Shown here piece by piece: positions 10,545 through 20,856 of a DNA stretch of 64,000 bases. The DNA is from Candidatus Colwellbacteria bacterium CG10_big_fil_rev_8_21_14_0_10_42_22 (lineage in GTDB: Bacteria; Patescibacteriota; Minisyncoccia; UBA6257; Colwellbacteraceae). The notes below the pieces were generated by a model. That model made no database searches, had not been told where the DNA came from, and saw nothing but the letters and a program-made list of their open reading frames with translations. Positions within the stretch are counted from its first letter, which is position 1. The number at the start of each line of letters is the position of its first letter. The DNA is taken from positions 19,485 through 83,484 of the forward strand of contig PFAH01000007.1 of NCBI GenBank assembly GCA_002773725.1, written 5' to 3'. The position numbers were made by a program, and so were the translations under genes.

Positions 10545-11074
10545 TTCAGTTCCAAGTTCCCCAATTCATCGAAACAGAAGATAGAATAGTTGGTCCGCTT
10601 ACTTTAAGACAGTTTGTTTATGTCGGTGCGGCCGGTGCTATCTCGGGTATCTTGTTGTTTTTTTTAGAGCTGGGACTTTGGCTTTTTATAACGGCGATTT
10701 TGGGTGGTATCGCTGGTTTTTTAGCTTTTGGCAAGTTCAATGGACGCCCCATTACATACTTTCTGGTTTCTCTTTTTCAAAGCATTTGGTCTCCAAGCAT
10801 CTATGTCTTTAAACCCAAACAGAAAAATGCGCCCACCCTTCCCGAGCCCAAAGTTCAGTCCGTCAAAAAATCCCGCTCTATTAAAAAGCCCGACTTCGGT
10901 GGTGTCAAAAATCTTTGGACACAGATGAATACATCTAAAAATGCTATCCCCCACAGAGAAAAACCCCTACCCTCTAAGAAGGAGCCCTTTGGAGAAGTAG
11001 AGGACGAAAGATATCAGGCAGTTAGAAGTATTACTGGAGAAAGAGAAGTCGCAAAGAGAATAGATTACAGATAA
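10541..11074 (+). CDS. PrgI/VirB3-like small membrane protein
   Basis: Two TM hairpin (...GAAGAISGILLFFLELGLWLFITAILGGIAGFLAF...) immediately upstream of VirB4, as in Gram-positive T4SSs. Confidence 0.45.
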   Translation: MIQFQVPQFIETEDRIVGPLTLRQFVYVGAAGAISGILLFFLELGLWLFITAILGGIAGFLAFGKFNGRPITYFLVSLFQSIWSPSIYVFKPKQKNAPTLPEPKVQSVKKSRSIKKPDFGGVKNLWTQMNTSKNAIPHREKPLPSKKEPFGEVEDERYQAVRSITGEREVAKRIDYR

Positions 11075-11122
11075 TAGGTGGGGGCTATAAACTACAAACT
11101 ATAAAATATAAACTAGTAAGAT

Positions 11123-13513
11123 ATGGCAGAAATTCAAAAAGCAAGATCGCAAGACCTAATTCCCGTTAAAGATATCAAAGACGGGGTAGTGTTTATGAAA
11201 AACGGCGGAATAAGACGCATCGTTATGGTTGATGGTATTAACTTCGACCTTAAATCGGAGGATGAGCAAAAAAGCATTATCGGCGCCTATCAAAACCTAA
11301 TCAATTCTTTGGATTTTTCTCTCCAAACAAACATTCACTCTCGAAAAATGAATGTGGAGGGATATTTGGAATCGCTCAAGAAAAGACAGGCGGAGGAACA
11401 AAATCAATTAATTAAAACCCAGCTGGAAGAATATAGGACGTTTATAGAATCCTTCGTTGGCGAGAACGCCATCATGCAAAAAAGCTTCTTTGTGGTTGTG
11501 CCTTATGAGCCCACCAGCGTACCCACTAGCGTAAGCGAGGTTGCTTCCGGTTTTTCGAAACTCTTCGGGGGGAAGAAGAAGAAAGATCAGGAAGAGGGGG
11601 ATCAAGATACACAAGTTGTCGGTAATCCAAACCCCGCCCACCTAGAACAACTTGCCTTAAGGGTAGAGCAAATTGTTAATGGCCTTAGACAAATGGGACT
11701 AAGGGCTGTTCCCCTAGAGGACAAAGAGCTTTTAGAAGTTTATTTCAACACCTATAATCCATCGGCTATAGAAAAACGCGGACAAGAAATCGGTAAACAG
11801 GCGGAGGGTGGCGTTCTAGAGGTTGAAAACATAATAGCTCCCGAAGCGTTAGAGGTTAGGCCCCAAAGCGTCAAGGTTGGGAACATGTTCGCCCGCACCC
11901 TTTTTGTGTTTAACTATCCTCGTTATCTTGTTGCGGGCTGGCTCTCTCCTATTATTAACATGCCCGAACTTATAGACGTCTCCATTTTTATACACCCAAC
12001 CCAAACGGGAACTGTTTTGAGAAATCTTAGAAAAAAAGTTGCCCAGCTCGAATCCCAGATTCAAGACGAAGCAGAAAAAGGGCTTGTGCGAAACCCAACG
12101 CTCGAAACCGCCTTTAGGGACGCCGAAGAACTGCGGGACTCCCTCTTACAATCCCAAGAAAAATTCTTTGATACCGGAATATATATCACCATTTATGCCG
12201 AAACAGAGAAGGAGCTTAATAAAATAGAAAGCAATGTTGTCGAAGCTCTCGACACCAAGCTTATTAATGTTAGGGCAGCTCAATTTGAACAACTAAAAGG
12301 GTTTAACTCTACCACCCCTATTGCTAAGGACGAACTTCAGGTCCACACCCCCCTAAACTCGGGCCCCGTTTCTTCGTTTTTCCCATTCCTGTCGGTTGAC
12401 CTCACCTCTGATGAAGGAGTAATGCACGGCGTTAATCGCCACAATAATACCCTTATCATCTTTGATCGCTTCTCATTAGAAAATGCCAATATGGTTATAT
12501 TCGCCAAGGCAGGTTCGGGTAAGTCGTATGCCGCCAAACTAGAGGTTTTGAGAAGCTTGATGCTCGGAACAGATGTCATTGTTGTAGATCCCGAAAATGA
12601 ATATGAGCGCCTGGCCGATGCTATTGGCGGAAGCGTCTTTAAGATTTCTCTGGATTCGGATAGCCACATAAATCCTTTTGAAATACCCATTGTGCCAGAG
12701 GATGAGACGCCCAGCGAGGTCCTTAAAAGCCACGTAGTGAACCTGACGGGCCTTTTGAAGCTAATGTTGGGAAAGATTGAGGCGCATGAAGAAGCGCTCT
12801 TAGATCAGGCCATAGCGGCCACCTACGCCTCTAGAGATATTACTCCCGACAAAGATTTTAAGGACAAAACTCCGCCTGTTTTGGAAGATTTGGAAGCGGT
12901 TTTGAGAAACACAGATGGCGGTAAGGAGATGGCGGAACGCCTTTATCGTTTCACCAAGGGTAGCTACGCCGGCTTTACCAATAGATCCACTAATGTAGAC
13001 ATCAAGAACCGTCTGATTGTTTTCTCTATTCGAGACCTAGAAGATGAGCTTCGTCCGGTTGCAATGTATATCATCCTTAATTTTGTTTGGAGCTTAATTA
13101 GGGCCGAGCTTAAAAAACGCGTTATGGTCATAGATGAAGCATGGTTGTTAATGAAAAACGAAGATAGTGCATCTTTTCTCTTTGGGCTCGCTAAGCGTTC
13201 TCGTAAATACTATTTGGGGCTTACTACCATCACCCAAGACGTAGAGGATTTCTTGGGCTCACCCTATGGTAGGCCAATTGTGACAAACTCCTCTTTACAG
13301 CTTTTGCTTAAACAATCTCCAGTCGCGATAGATTCTATCGGCAAAGCGTTTTCTTTAACAGATGTTGAGAAAAATTATTTATTAGAGACGGATATTGGTC
13401 AGGGTCTTTTTATAGCCGGTCTTAAACACGCTGCTATTCAAATTGTTCCGTCTTATTTTGAAGACCAACTTATAACCACTAATCCCGAAGAGGTTTTGGA
13501 ACAAAAAGATTAG
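11123..13513 (+). CDS. VirB4/TrbE/CagE-family T4SS ATPase
   Basis: 796 aa with Walker A FAKAGSGKSY and DPENEY/Walker B. Overall VirB4 architecture. Confidence 0.85.
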   Translation: MAEIQKARSQDLIPVKDIKDGVVFMKNGGIRRIVMVDGINFDLKSEDEQKSIIGAYQNLINSLDFSLQTNIHSRKMNVEGYLESLKKRQAEEQNQLIKTQLEEYRTFIESFVGENAIMQKSFFVVVPYEPTSVPTSVSEVASGFSKLFGGKKKKDQEEGDQDTQVVGNPNPAHLEQLALRVEQIVNGLRQMGLRAVPLEDKELLEVYFNTYNPSAIEKRGQEIGKQAEGGVLEVENIIAPEALEVRPQSVKVGNMFARTLFVFNYPRYLVAGWLSPIINMPELIDVSIFIHPTQTGTVLRNLRKKVAQLESQIQDEAEKGLVRNPTLETAFRDAEELRDSLLQSQEKFFDTGIYITIYAETEKELNKIESNVVEALDTKLINVRAAQFEQLKGFNSTTPIAKDELQVHTPLNSGPVSSFFPFLSVDLTSDEGVMHGVNRHNNTLIIFDRFSLENANMVIFAKAGSGKSYAAKLEVLRSLMLGTDVIVVDPENEYERLADAIGGSVFKISLDSDSHINPFEIPIVPEDETPSEVLKSHVVNLTGLLKLMLGKIEAHEEALLDQAIAATYASRDITPDKDFKDKTPPVLEDLEAVLRNTDGGKEMAERLYRFTKGSYAGFTNRSTNVDIKNRLIVFSIRDLEDELRPVAMYIILNFVWSLIRAELKKRVMVIDEAWLLMKNEDSASFLFGLAKRSRKYYLGLTTITQDVEDFLGSPYGRPIVTNSSLQLLLKQSPVAIDSIGKAFSLTDVEKNYLLETDIGQGLFIAGLKHAAIQIVPSYFEDQLITTNPEEVLEQKD

Positions 13514-13524
13514 TTTTTATTTTC

Positions 13525-13911
13525 ATGAAAGACAAAAAAATTGGTTTGCCTGAGCTGGTCCTCTTAACCATTCCTATAGCCGGTCTTGAGTTATTAGAGG
13601 CAATTACTATGGACGGGTCGTCGTTAATTTTTCCAGCAGAGCTATCTATCGTTGCCGTAACTCAAATTTATTTAAACATGAAGGGCGTCCATGTAAGTGC
13701 TCAAAAAAAGCAAGCCGTTGGCAACGTTTTGGAGCTCATACCAGGAATTGGAATTTTACCGATCAGAACAATCTCTTGGTTTATGGCGGTCAGGGGCGCG
13801 AACAAAGAAGCTGAAAAAGAGGACCAAGAAGAGCAGGAGAAAAAAAGCAAGGTTGTTCAAATGAACGACCGAGCAAAAAACGCTCTTGATGGGTTGCGTC
13901 GTGCTGCCTAG
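13525..13911 (+). CDS. Small membrane protein with a K/E-rich tail, downstream of VirB4
   Basis: Hydrophobic N-terminal half followed by a charged C-terminus. Confidence 0.45.
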   Translation: MKDKKIGLPELVLLTIPIAGLELLEAITMDGSSLIFPAELSIVAVTQIYLNMKGVHVSAQKKQAVGNVLELIPGIGILPIRTISWFMAVRGANKEAEKEDQEEQEKKSKVVQMNDRAKNALDGLRRAA

Positions 13912-14348
13912 TTGTCTGCTGGATTAACAACGACGTGCCTTTCTTTGTCTTCTCCTTCACTTTCCGTATGAACATTTGGATTCATAGATAGCTCCGTATG
14001 GACCAACCTCCTTTCGTATGCATTCATAGCCGGCAAAGGCACTGCTCCGTTCGTCACGGCGGCCTTCTTGGCGGCAGCCCTAGCAAGTTTTGTTATGAGG
14101 GTTTCTCTTTCTTTGCGATAGTCGTTCACGTCCACGGATATATGGATGTGTTTCTCTTTAGCAATTTGTCTTGCTAGGTGGGTAATGGAGCTCACCAGCT
14201 CTGGAGTTCTTGTTGGAGAAACAACCCTGTCTCTAATAACAATAGTAATCTTTTCCTCTTTTTCGTCTGTTTCTATACGCAAGCTGTCGAAACCAACTAC
14301 ATCAAGCGCTTTCTGAATTTTGTTCTTTATTTCTTCCATCATTAACAA
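13908..14348 (-). CDS. jag: Jag/KhpB R3H-domain RNA-binding protein
   Basis: KH-like N-terminus plus an R3H motif (ERRLVHTEL). Conserved position downstream of yidC. Confidence 0.8.
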   Translation of the reverse strand: MLMMEEIKNKIQKALDVVGFDSLRIETDEKEEKITIVIRDRVVSPTRTPELVSSITHLARQIAKEKHIHISVDVNDYRKERETLITKLARAAAKKAAVTNGAVPLPAMNAYERRLVHTELSMNPNVHTESEGEDKERHVVVNPADN

Positions 14349-15075
14349 GTGGTGTCTTTTGTTTCTCTGCTTCCATAGATTTATCTACTATTGCCTGTTG
14401 AAATATAGAGAATATTGTAGTGGTTAGCCAGTATAGCCCTATGGCCGCCGGCAAGCTAGTCAAAATTAAGAGGGTAAAGACGGGCATAAACAATACCATT
14501 CGTTTGCCTATCTTTTCTGCGGGTGAATCGCTCGCCTTACTTCTTCCGGCACCCTTTCTAGAAAAAGCAGTTTTGCCCTGAAAGTATTGAGCTATGGCAG
14601 CCATAATGGCTACAGCTAAGCTTGGAATTGTTAGGTCTTGAATAATTCCTAAAAAATCGTGGCTGGGCACTTCGGGAAGTTGAATAAACGGGTACAGAAG
14701 GTCTAGGGCTCCGTTTTCAAAACCATTAATGAAAATTCTATATACAGCAAAAATGATGGGGAGCTGTATAAGGAGGACCAGTATCGGCGTAAGGGGATTT
14801 ATTTTGTGTCTGCCATATAGCTCTATTATTTCTTTTGCCTGTTTCTCCTTATCGTCTTTATGTTTTTTCTGGATTTTTTTTATCTCCGGCTGAAGATTTT
14901 GAGTAATACGTTGGTGCTTAACTGTTTTGTGGAAAAGAGGAAACAGTAAAAACCTCACCGCTAAGGTAAAAAGAATAATAGCAACACCTAGGTCTTGAAA
15001 AGCAACGTTTTGGTATAACCATGCTAAGGCATTAAAAAGAGGTCTGTATAAAATTTCTGTGAAGAGGGCTCTCAT
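14302..15075 (-). CDS. yidC: Membrane protein insertase YidC (short form)
   Basis: Five-TM YidC/Oxa1 core and a basic C-tail, within the rpmH-rnpA-yidC-jag synteny. Confidence 0.85.
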   Translation of the reverse strand: MRALFTEILYRPLFNALAWLYQNVAFQDLGVAIILFTLAVRFLLFPLFHKTVKHQRITQNLQPEIKKIQKKHKDDKEKQAKEIIELYGRHKINPLTPILVLLIQLPIIFAVYRIFINGFENGALDLLYPFIQLPEVPSHDFLGIIQDLTIPSLAVAIMAAIAQYFQGKTAFSRKGAGRSKASDSPAEKIGKRMVLFMPVFTLLILTSLPAAIGLYWLTTTIFSIFQQAIVDKSMEAEKQKTPLVNDGRNKEQNSESA

Positions 15076-15419
15076 TTATTTTCTTGTATTAATCGCTCCT
15101 TCAGCTTTTGCAGGTCTTCCTCTACGCCCACCCTTGTTTCGCGACTAAGCTTTATGATAGGGGCGGTTGTTATTATCAGCAAGTCCTTGCCCCTTAAAGA
15201 TTCCTGGTGCGCCTCAAAAGAAAACGCTTTATATATTATTCTTCTAAGGGCGTTTCTGGTGGCCGCCTTTTTAACTTTTCCGGCCGAAAAAGACACTCCC
15301 AATCTAAAAAGCTCAACTTCGTTTGTGGCCATTTTGGCTAAAAACGTTTGTCCCCTAAAAGCAACTTCCGCCTTTGGCGGAAAGTTGCTGATATTAAGCT
15401 TGTTTTTTTTAGGAAGCAC
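15072..15419 (-). CDS. rnpA: RNase P protein component
   Basis: RNR motif KKAATRNALRR and conserved position after rpmH. Confidence 0.75.
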   Translation of the reverse strand: MLPKKNKLNISNFPPKAEVAFRGQTFLAKMATNEVELFRLGVSFSAGKVKKAATRNALRRIIYKAFSFEAHQESLRGKDLLIITTAPIIKLSRETRVGVEEDLQKLKERLIQENK

Positions 15420-15429
15420 CGAGCTGGTC

Positions 15430-15567
15430 TTAAACGGTGAGTTTCTTTCTACCTTTTGTTCTTCTTTTTTGAAGAACGTTTTTTCCTCCAGGACTGCTTC
15501 TTCTTTTCAAAAAGCCGTGTTTCTTTGCACGTTTTCCTTTTTTGGGCTGATAGGTTCTCTTTGGCAT
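15430..15567 (-). CDS. rpmH: 50S ribosomal protein L34
   Basis: [23 protein letters not shown]...KGRKKLTV. The ORF-track N-terminal extension to 15648 is probably not translated. Confidence 0.8.
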   Translation of the reverse strand: MPKRTYQPKKGKRAKKHGFLKRRSSPGGKNVLQKRRTKGRKKLTV

Positions 15568-15652
15568 AACGCGAATCATTATATCCAAAAGTTCTGTCTT
15601 TGTTAATCCCTCTTTATTGGGCGCTTCTTCTCTCCACAGATAATTCACATAC

Positions 15653-17098
15653 TTGCTCTTTGCTGGGTGTTTGACGGACGAGTTTCATCCAATAAGATAT
15701 ATGGGTATGGAAAAGCAGCTTGTAGAACCCAACAACCTGGACGAGCTTTGGAGAGCCGCTCTCTCCGAAATAGAAATTCAGGTATCTAAGCCCAGCTTTT
15801 CTACGTGGCTTAGAAACAGCAAGTTGCTCGAGAACCGCAACGGCTCCGCCTTGATTGCTCTTCCAAACAGTTTTGCTAAAGAGTGGGTCGAGAGCAAATA
15901 TCATAAATTAATTTTAGGATCTATTCGCTCGATCGACAGCGAAACTAAAAGCGTGGAGTTCGTAGTTGAGGGAAGTTTGTCTCAAAAAACTATTTCCAGA
16001 CGCCATAGAGAGGCGCGCCAACAACAAGAAGAGAGGCAATTAGTGTTTCAGGAAATGCGCGTAGATCCTGCCACCGGCCTTAATCCTAGATATAATTTGA
16101 ATACATTTATTGTCGCGTCTTTTAATGAGCTAGCCCACTCGGCCGCTCAAGCAGTCATAGAAAATGTCGGTTCTAAATATAATCCCCTGTTTATATACGG
16201 AGGCGTTGGCCTTGGAAAAACGCACCTTATCCAAGGTATGGGCAACGAAATTCGAACTCTTTCTGGCGGTAAGGTGGGGGTTAAATACGTTACTTCGGAA
16301 AAGTTCACTAACGACGTTATCTGGGCTATTAAGAATAGGCGGGCCGAAGACATTAAAAAGGCGTACAGGGAGGCGGATGTTCTTATAATCGACGATATTC
16401 AGTTTCTGGGAGGCAAAGAAACGTCTCAAGAGGAATTCTTTCACACATTTAATGCTCTTCACGAAAACAACAAGCAGATTATTATATCTTCCGATCGACC
16501 GCCCTCTGCCATTCCCCGCTTAGAAGACCGTCTCCGCTCCCGTTTCGAGGGCGGAATGATAGCAGACATTAGCTACCCTGAATATGAGGCAAGGTTTGCC
16601 ATCGCCAAAACAAAACTCCAAGAAAAAGGGGCGTCTCTGGACGATAGGGTTGTGGACTTGGTGGCTAAAAGGGTTCAAAAAAATATTCGTGAAATAGAGG
16701 GTATTCTTAACAAGCTCGTCTTTCACCAAATTACATATAAGAGACCTCTCGACATTCCTACAACAGAAAAAATTATTTCTGAGGTAACTAATCGCTCTGC
16801 TTCGCGAGCAACTCCCAGCCAAGTTCTAAAAGCGGTGTCTGGGTTCTATGAGGTTTCGGCGGTTGACATGGTCGGGCGATCTAGAAATAAAGAGTTTGTC
16901 GAGCCTCGCCAAATCTGCATGTATCTTTTAAGGGAGCTTTTAAGCATGTCCTATCCAGACATTGCCAGCAGAGTGGGTAAAAGAGACCACACAACGGCCA
17001 TTTATGCTTACAAGAAAATTGCGGACAGCGTGGAGAAAAATCCGGAGCTTAGTCGAAAGATATTGTTAATCAAAGAGGATGTTAATAAGTTTGAGTAA
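15653..17098 (+). CDS. dnaA: Chromosomal replication initiator DnaA
   Basis: AAA+ box [10 protein letters not shown] and a C-terminal DNA-binding domain. The likely true start is MEKQLV near 15707. Confidence 0.9.
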   Translation: MLFAGCLTDEFHPIRYMGMEKQLVEPNNLDELWRAALSEIEIQVSKPSFSTWLRNSKLLENRNGSALIALPNSFAKEWVESKYHKLILGSIRSIDSETKSVEFVVEGSLSQKTISRRHREARQQQEERQLVFQEMRVDPATGLNPRYNLNTFIVASFNELAHSAAQAVIENVGSKYNPLFIYGGVGLGKTHLIQGMGNEIRTLSGGKVGVKYVTSEKFTNDVIWAIKNRRAEDIKKAYREADVLIIDDIQFLGGKETSQEEFFHTFNALHENNKQIIISSDRPPSAIPRLEDRLRSRFEGGMIADISYPEYEARFAIAKTKLQEKGASLDDRVVDLVAKRVQKNIREIEGILNKLVFHQITYKRPLDIPTTEKIISEVTNRSASRATPSQVLKAVSGFYEVSAVDMVGRSRNKEFVEPRQICMYLLRELLSMSYPDIASRVGKRDHTTAIYAYKKIADSVEKNPELSRKILLIKEDVNKFE

Positions 17099-17295
17099 AT
17101 GTTGTTTATTTCCTATGACTAGCTTCTGTAAAAAAAATTACTTACTGTTAAAGAGTGGAGCAAGGAGGTTTTTTATAACACCCACGCTCACAGTTTATAA
17201 AAACTTCTTAGGTGCGCTTTCCCTTCTGTCAGAGCGGATACCTTTCGACTTGTCCACAAATCCACAGCCACTACTACTATTTAATAAATAAATAA
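17099..17295. promoter_or_regulatory. Candidate oriC segment (dnaA-dnaN intergenic)
   Basis: DnaA-box-like ttgtccaca (17250-17258) and aatccacag (17259-17267), followed by the AT-rich stretch tatttaataaataaataa. Confidence 0.4.
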
Positions 17296-18402
17296 ATGAA
17301 AATAATTATCTTAAAAGAAAGTCTCAAAAATGGTCTTGATGCTGTGGGCAGAGCTGTTGGATCCAACACGAACCTGCCAGTACTAAGTAGCGTTTTGATA
17401 AAGGCATCTGGTAGTCAAATCAAGATGTCTGCGACCAATCTAGAATTAGCTCTTACGAAAACCGTTTTTGGCAAGATAATAGAAGAAGGATCTTTGGTCG
17501 TCCCTTATGCTATTTTGGCTGGCATGGTGAACAATATATCAACAGAAAGAGTAAACCTCGAAGCAAAGGCGGGCAACCTCATCGTCAAGACGGACAACTA
17601 CGAAGCGTCTATTCAAGGCACGGACGAGAAAGAGTTTCCCATAATTCCGACCATTAAAAGTAAGAAAGAGAAGCTGGAGATAGAAAGCACGACCCTCAAA
17701 GAAGCTCTTTCTAAGACATCTTTAGCGGCCGAAATTTCGGACTTAAGGCCGGAGATAAGCGGGGTGCTTTTTTCCATAGAGCCGTCGCTTCTAAAGATAG
17801 TAGCCACCGACAGTTTTCGACTAGCAGAGGCCAGAATATCAGGTGAACAAATCAAGAGCACGTTTGAGAAGGGGTCAGATACCACCATCCCCCTCAAAGC
17901 CGCACAAGAACTCCCCAGAGTTGCTCCAGAGAAAGGATTTATCACCCTCTATACGGACGAGACACAAGCTCTTTTTGAGGCAGAGGGTGTGGAACTAATA
18001 ACAAGGGTTATCGAAGGCAAATTTCCGGACTACCAAGCGATTGTTCCTAAGGAAATAGAAACGGAGGTTCTGGTAGAGAGAGACGATTTGATAAACGGCC
18101 TCAAGTTGACGGGCTCGTTCTCTGGAAGAAGTAACGAGGTGGTGCTAAAAACAGGGTCAAAGAAAATGCTAGAACTATCTGCTAGCGACAGCGGAGTAGG
18201 TAAAAATAAATATATTATCCCAGCCAAGATAAACGGACCCGACACAGAGACAGTTTTTAATTGGCAATACCTTCTAGACGGCATACGCAATGAACGCTCT
18301 AAGAACGTATCCTTGGGAATAAACGGAGAAGAGAGGCCAACCTTGGTCAAGTCCCCCGAGAGCGGATCCTATTACTACATATTAATGCCCATAAGGGCCT
18401 AG
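17296..18402 (+). CDS. dnaN: DNA polymerase III beta sliding clamp
   Basis: 368 aa with a DnaN-like N-terminus, directly after dnaA. Confidence 0.9.
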   Translation: MKIIILKESLKNGLDAVGRAVGSNTNLPVLSSVLIKASGSQIKMSATNLELALTKTVFGKIIEEGSLVVPYAILAGMVNNISTERVNLEAKAGNLIVKTDNYEASIQGTDEKEFPIIPTIKSKKEKLEIESTTLKEALSKTSLAAEISDLRPEISGVLFSIEPSLLKIVATDSFRLAEARISGEQIKSTFEKGSDTTIPLKAAQELPRVAPEKGFITLYTDETQALFEAEGVELITRVIEGKFPDYQAIVPKEIETEVLVERDDLINGLKLTGSFSGRSNEVVLKTGSKKMLELSASDSGVGKNKYIIPAKINGPDTETVFNWQYLLDGIRNERSKNVSLGINGEERPTLVKSPESGSYYYILMPIRA

Positions 18403-18415
18403 CCCAAAAAGACGC

Positions 18416-20806
18416 CTATCTATAAACGATAATTTCCTTACGGGCTTTGCTCCCGTCTTCGTTCAAGACCTCCACAAGAAGGGCTCTTTGAAGCGACGCG
18501 CCTTTTAGTTCCACCTCCTCTTCCAGGCGGACGTTCTTGCCCAAATTTCCTGACTTGGATTTAATCAAAACGTCGTCAACGTAGACCTTAATCCCCTCAA
18601 CGTCTCTCGACGACCCAACCTCTACTACAAGCGTAAAGATGTTCGCGACCTCGTCGCCATTTTGTGGAGAAACAAAGATAATGCTTGTTTCGTTTGTGTC
18701 TTTGTCTTGAGAGAGCTCCGACACCGCGGGTATCTTAATAGATCCCTCTCCATTAACGCTTAGCCACCCCCTGACACCGGCTTCCCAATTAGCGTATTGA
18801 GAATCCCCAGTCCTGCCCAAGTAATAAAGTATGTTATGGAACTCTCCCTTTACGAGCTTTCCAGACAATACGGGGTTGTCCGAGAGCATTGGTTCTGGCG
18901 TCGGAAACGTCTCCGATGGCAGAAGCGGCTGGGCCTGCGACATAAAATCGTGCCACATAGGAATAGCAGCCAACAAACTGCTTCCCCTAGCGCCCAACGC
19001 ATTGCGATTGTTGTTACCGGCCCAAACACCAGCAACCAAGTTGGGGGTGTAGCCAATACTCCAAGCGTCTACATAATCGTTTGTAGTACCTGTTTTAAGT
19101 GCAACCTGATAGCCGGACACTTGGGTTAAGGGCAAACTTGCTGTAAAAAGCCCGGAGCGGAGACCGACGTCCGAAAGAATTTGGTTGATAATTCGTGGAT
19201 ATTGAGAATCGACAACTTGTCGCCCCCGATCTTTATATTCTTCCAGAACCCTTCCTTTTGCATCCTCTATCTTCAAAATTAGCGTTGGCTCGTGGAGCGC
19301 CCCGTCGTTGGCCAGAACAGAATAGGCAGTCAGGAGCTCCACCATTTTTACTTCTCCTCCGCCCAAAACAAGAGACAGACCAAAGCGCTCAGGATCTTTA
19401 AAAGTCGTAATCCCAAAATCTTCGGCAACCCCGATTGCATTATTTAACCCCCCTAAGTAAAGGGCCTTAACCGAGGGCACGTTGATAGATTGAGCAAGGC
19501 CTTGTTTCAACGGTACTGGTCCGCGAAAGACAAGGTCGAAGTTCTTGGGATTATAGCAATTAGGTGGACAGTTGACTGAGAATTCGGTGGGCACGTCCCA
19601 GACAATAGTATCGGGCGTTAGTCCCTGTTTAAAAGCGGAAAGATAGGCAAAGGGTTTAAATGCTGACCCCGGCTGACGTAGGGCCTGCAAAGCTACGTTG
19701 AAGTTTCCTTCAAAAGCACAATCAACGCCCTCTCGACACCCCTCCGGTTCGGATTCTGCAAAATAATCCCTAGAGCCGACCATTGCCAACACTTGGCCGG
19801 TTTTCGGGTCCATGGCCAACAGCGCGCCGTTATGACCGGCATAAAGTTCTTTGTTTCTAAGAACACCTTTTTCAACCGCCTTTTCGGCAATTTGTTGCAT
19901 ATCCCAATTAAGAGTGGTAGTTACCTTCAGTCCCCCCGTTCGCAAAGCGTCCTCGCCATACTTGTCGCGCAAATATTCCTGAACAGCAATTGCAAAATGA
20001 GGAGCAGAAATACCCATTTCAGAGCGTGGCTCAATCTCCGGCAAATCTTCGCCAGCCCCGGAGCGCTCGCCCTCGTCGATATAGCCGAGACCCAACATGC
20101 TTTCTAAGACCAGGTTTTTGCGCCTTTTAAGATCGTCCCTATGGCTTCCCCAAGGAGAATAATAACTCGGCGCTTGTGGTAGAGCCGCCAAAACAGCCGC
20201 CTCGTTCAAATCAACTTCGGACACCGGTTTGCCAAAATATGCCCGCGACGCCCCCTCAACACCATAAATATTAGGACCATATGGAACTTGGTTAAGATAG
20301 AGGTCTAGAATTTGTTCCTTTGAAAAAGCGCGTTCCAGCTTAATAGCAAGCACGGCTTCTCTTAGTTTGCGCGTAATTGTTTTCTCGGCAGATAAAAAGG
20401 TGTTTCTAGCCAATTGTTGGGTGATGGTTGACCCTCCCTGATCTAGGCGCCCCCTAACAATGTTTATGAAAAACGCCCTAACAATGCCTCGCAAATCAAA
20501 AGCGCCGTGGTAATAAAAAGAAGAGTCCTCTATAGCCAGAGTTGCTCTTCTCAAAACGTCTGGGATTTCTTCAGCCGGCACAACCGTTCTTTTCTCTTCT
20601 TTGTATATCTCGTAAAAAAGAATTTTTCCTTCACGATCATATAGCTTAGTAGATTCGGCTATATTAAAGCTTTCTATTTGGCCGGATTCCGGCAGATTAG
20701 TGGTGAAATATATAAAACCTAAATAAAGAATAGATAAGATTATAGAAGCCGACCCCAAAACGCTAATTTTTCTCAAACGCTCGTTTAGAAACATATTTTT
20801 AAGCAT
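18416..20806 (-). CDS. Class A penicillin-binding protein (transglycosylase/transpeptidase)
   Basis: TM anchor, GT51 motifs, and SAFKPF (SxxK), KTGT in the transpeptidase domain. Extra C-terminal domain. Confidence 0.85.
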   Translation of the reverse strand: MLKNMFLNERLRKISVLGSASIILSILYLGFIYFTTNLPESGQIESFNIAESTKLYDREGKILFYEIYKEEKRTVVPAEEIPDVLRRATLAIEDSSFYYHGAFDLRGIVRAFFINIVRGRLDQGGSTITQQLARNTFLSAEKTITRKLREAVLAIKLERAFSKEQILDLYLNQVPYGPNIYGVEGASRAYFGKPVSEVDLNEAAVLAALPQAPSYYSPWGSHRDDLKRRKNLVLESMLGLGYIDEGERSGAGEDLPEIEPRSEMGISAPHFAIAVQEYLRDKYGEDALRTGGLKVTTTLNWDMQQIAEKAVEKGVLRNKELYAGHNGALLAMDPKTGQVLAMVGSRDYFAESEPEGCREGVDCAFEGNFNVALQALRQPGSAFKPFAYLSAFKQGLTPDTIVWDVPTEFSVNCPPNCYNPKNFDLVFRGPVPLKQGLAQSINVPSVKALYLGGLNNAIGVAEDFGITTFKDPERFGLSLVLGGGEVKMVELLTAYSVLANDGALHEPTLILKIEDAKGRVLEEYKDRGRQVVDSQYPRIINQILSDVGLRSGLFTASLPLTQVSGYQVALKTGTTNDYVDAWSIGYTPNLVAGVWAGNNNRNALGARGSSLLAAIPMWHDFMSQAQPLLPSETFPTPEPMLSDNPVLSGKLVKGEFHNILYYLGRTGDSQYANWEAGVRGWLSVNGEGSIKIPAVSELSQDKDTNETSIIFVSPQNGDEVANIFTLVVEVGSSRDVEGIKVYVDDVLIKSKSGNLGKNVRLEEEVELKGASLQRALLVEVLNEDGSKARKEIIVYR

Positions 20807-20822
20807 ATCTTTATTTTAAAGC

Positions 20823-20852
20823 AAAGCCGCCCCTTTTTAATAGGGCGGCTTT
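20823..20852 (-). terminator. Intrinsic terminator
   Basis: aaagccgccc-(10 nt)-gggcggcttt with U-rich flanks. Lies just downstream of the acidic mini-ORF. Confidence 0.5.
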
Positions 20853-20856
20853 GTTA

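Noticed and set aside
15154-15606. 150-aa plus-strand ORF
   Set aside because: Antisense to rnpA/rpmH.
15568-15700. Strong DnaA-box cluster in the rpmH-dnaA spacer
   Set aside because: Only one weak 7/9 match (ctctccaca) is visible. The better boxes are in the dnaA-dnaN spacer.
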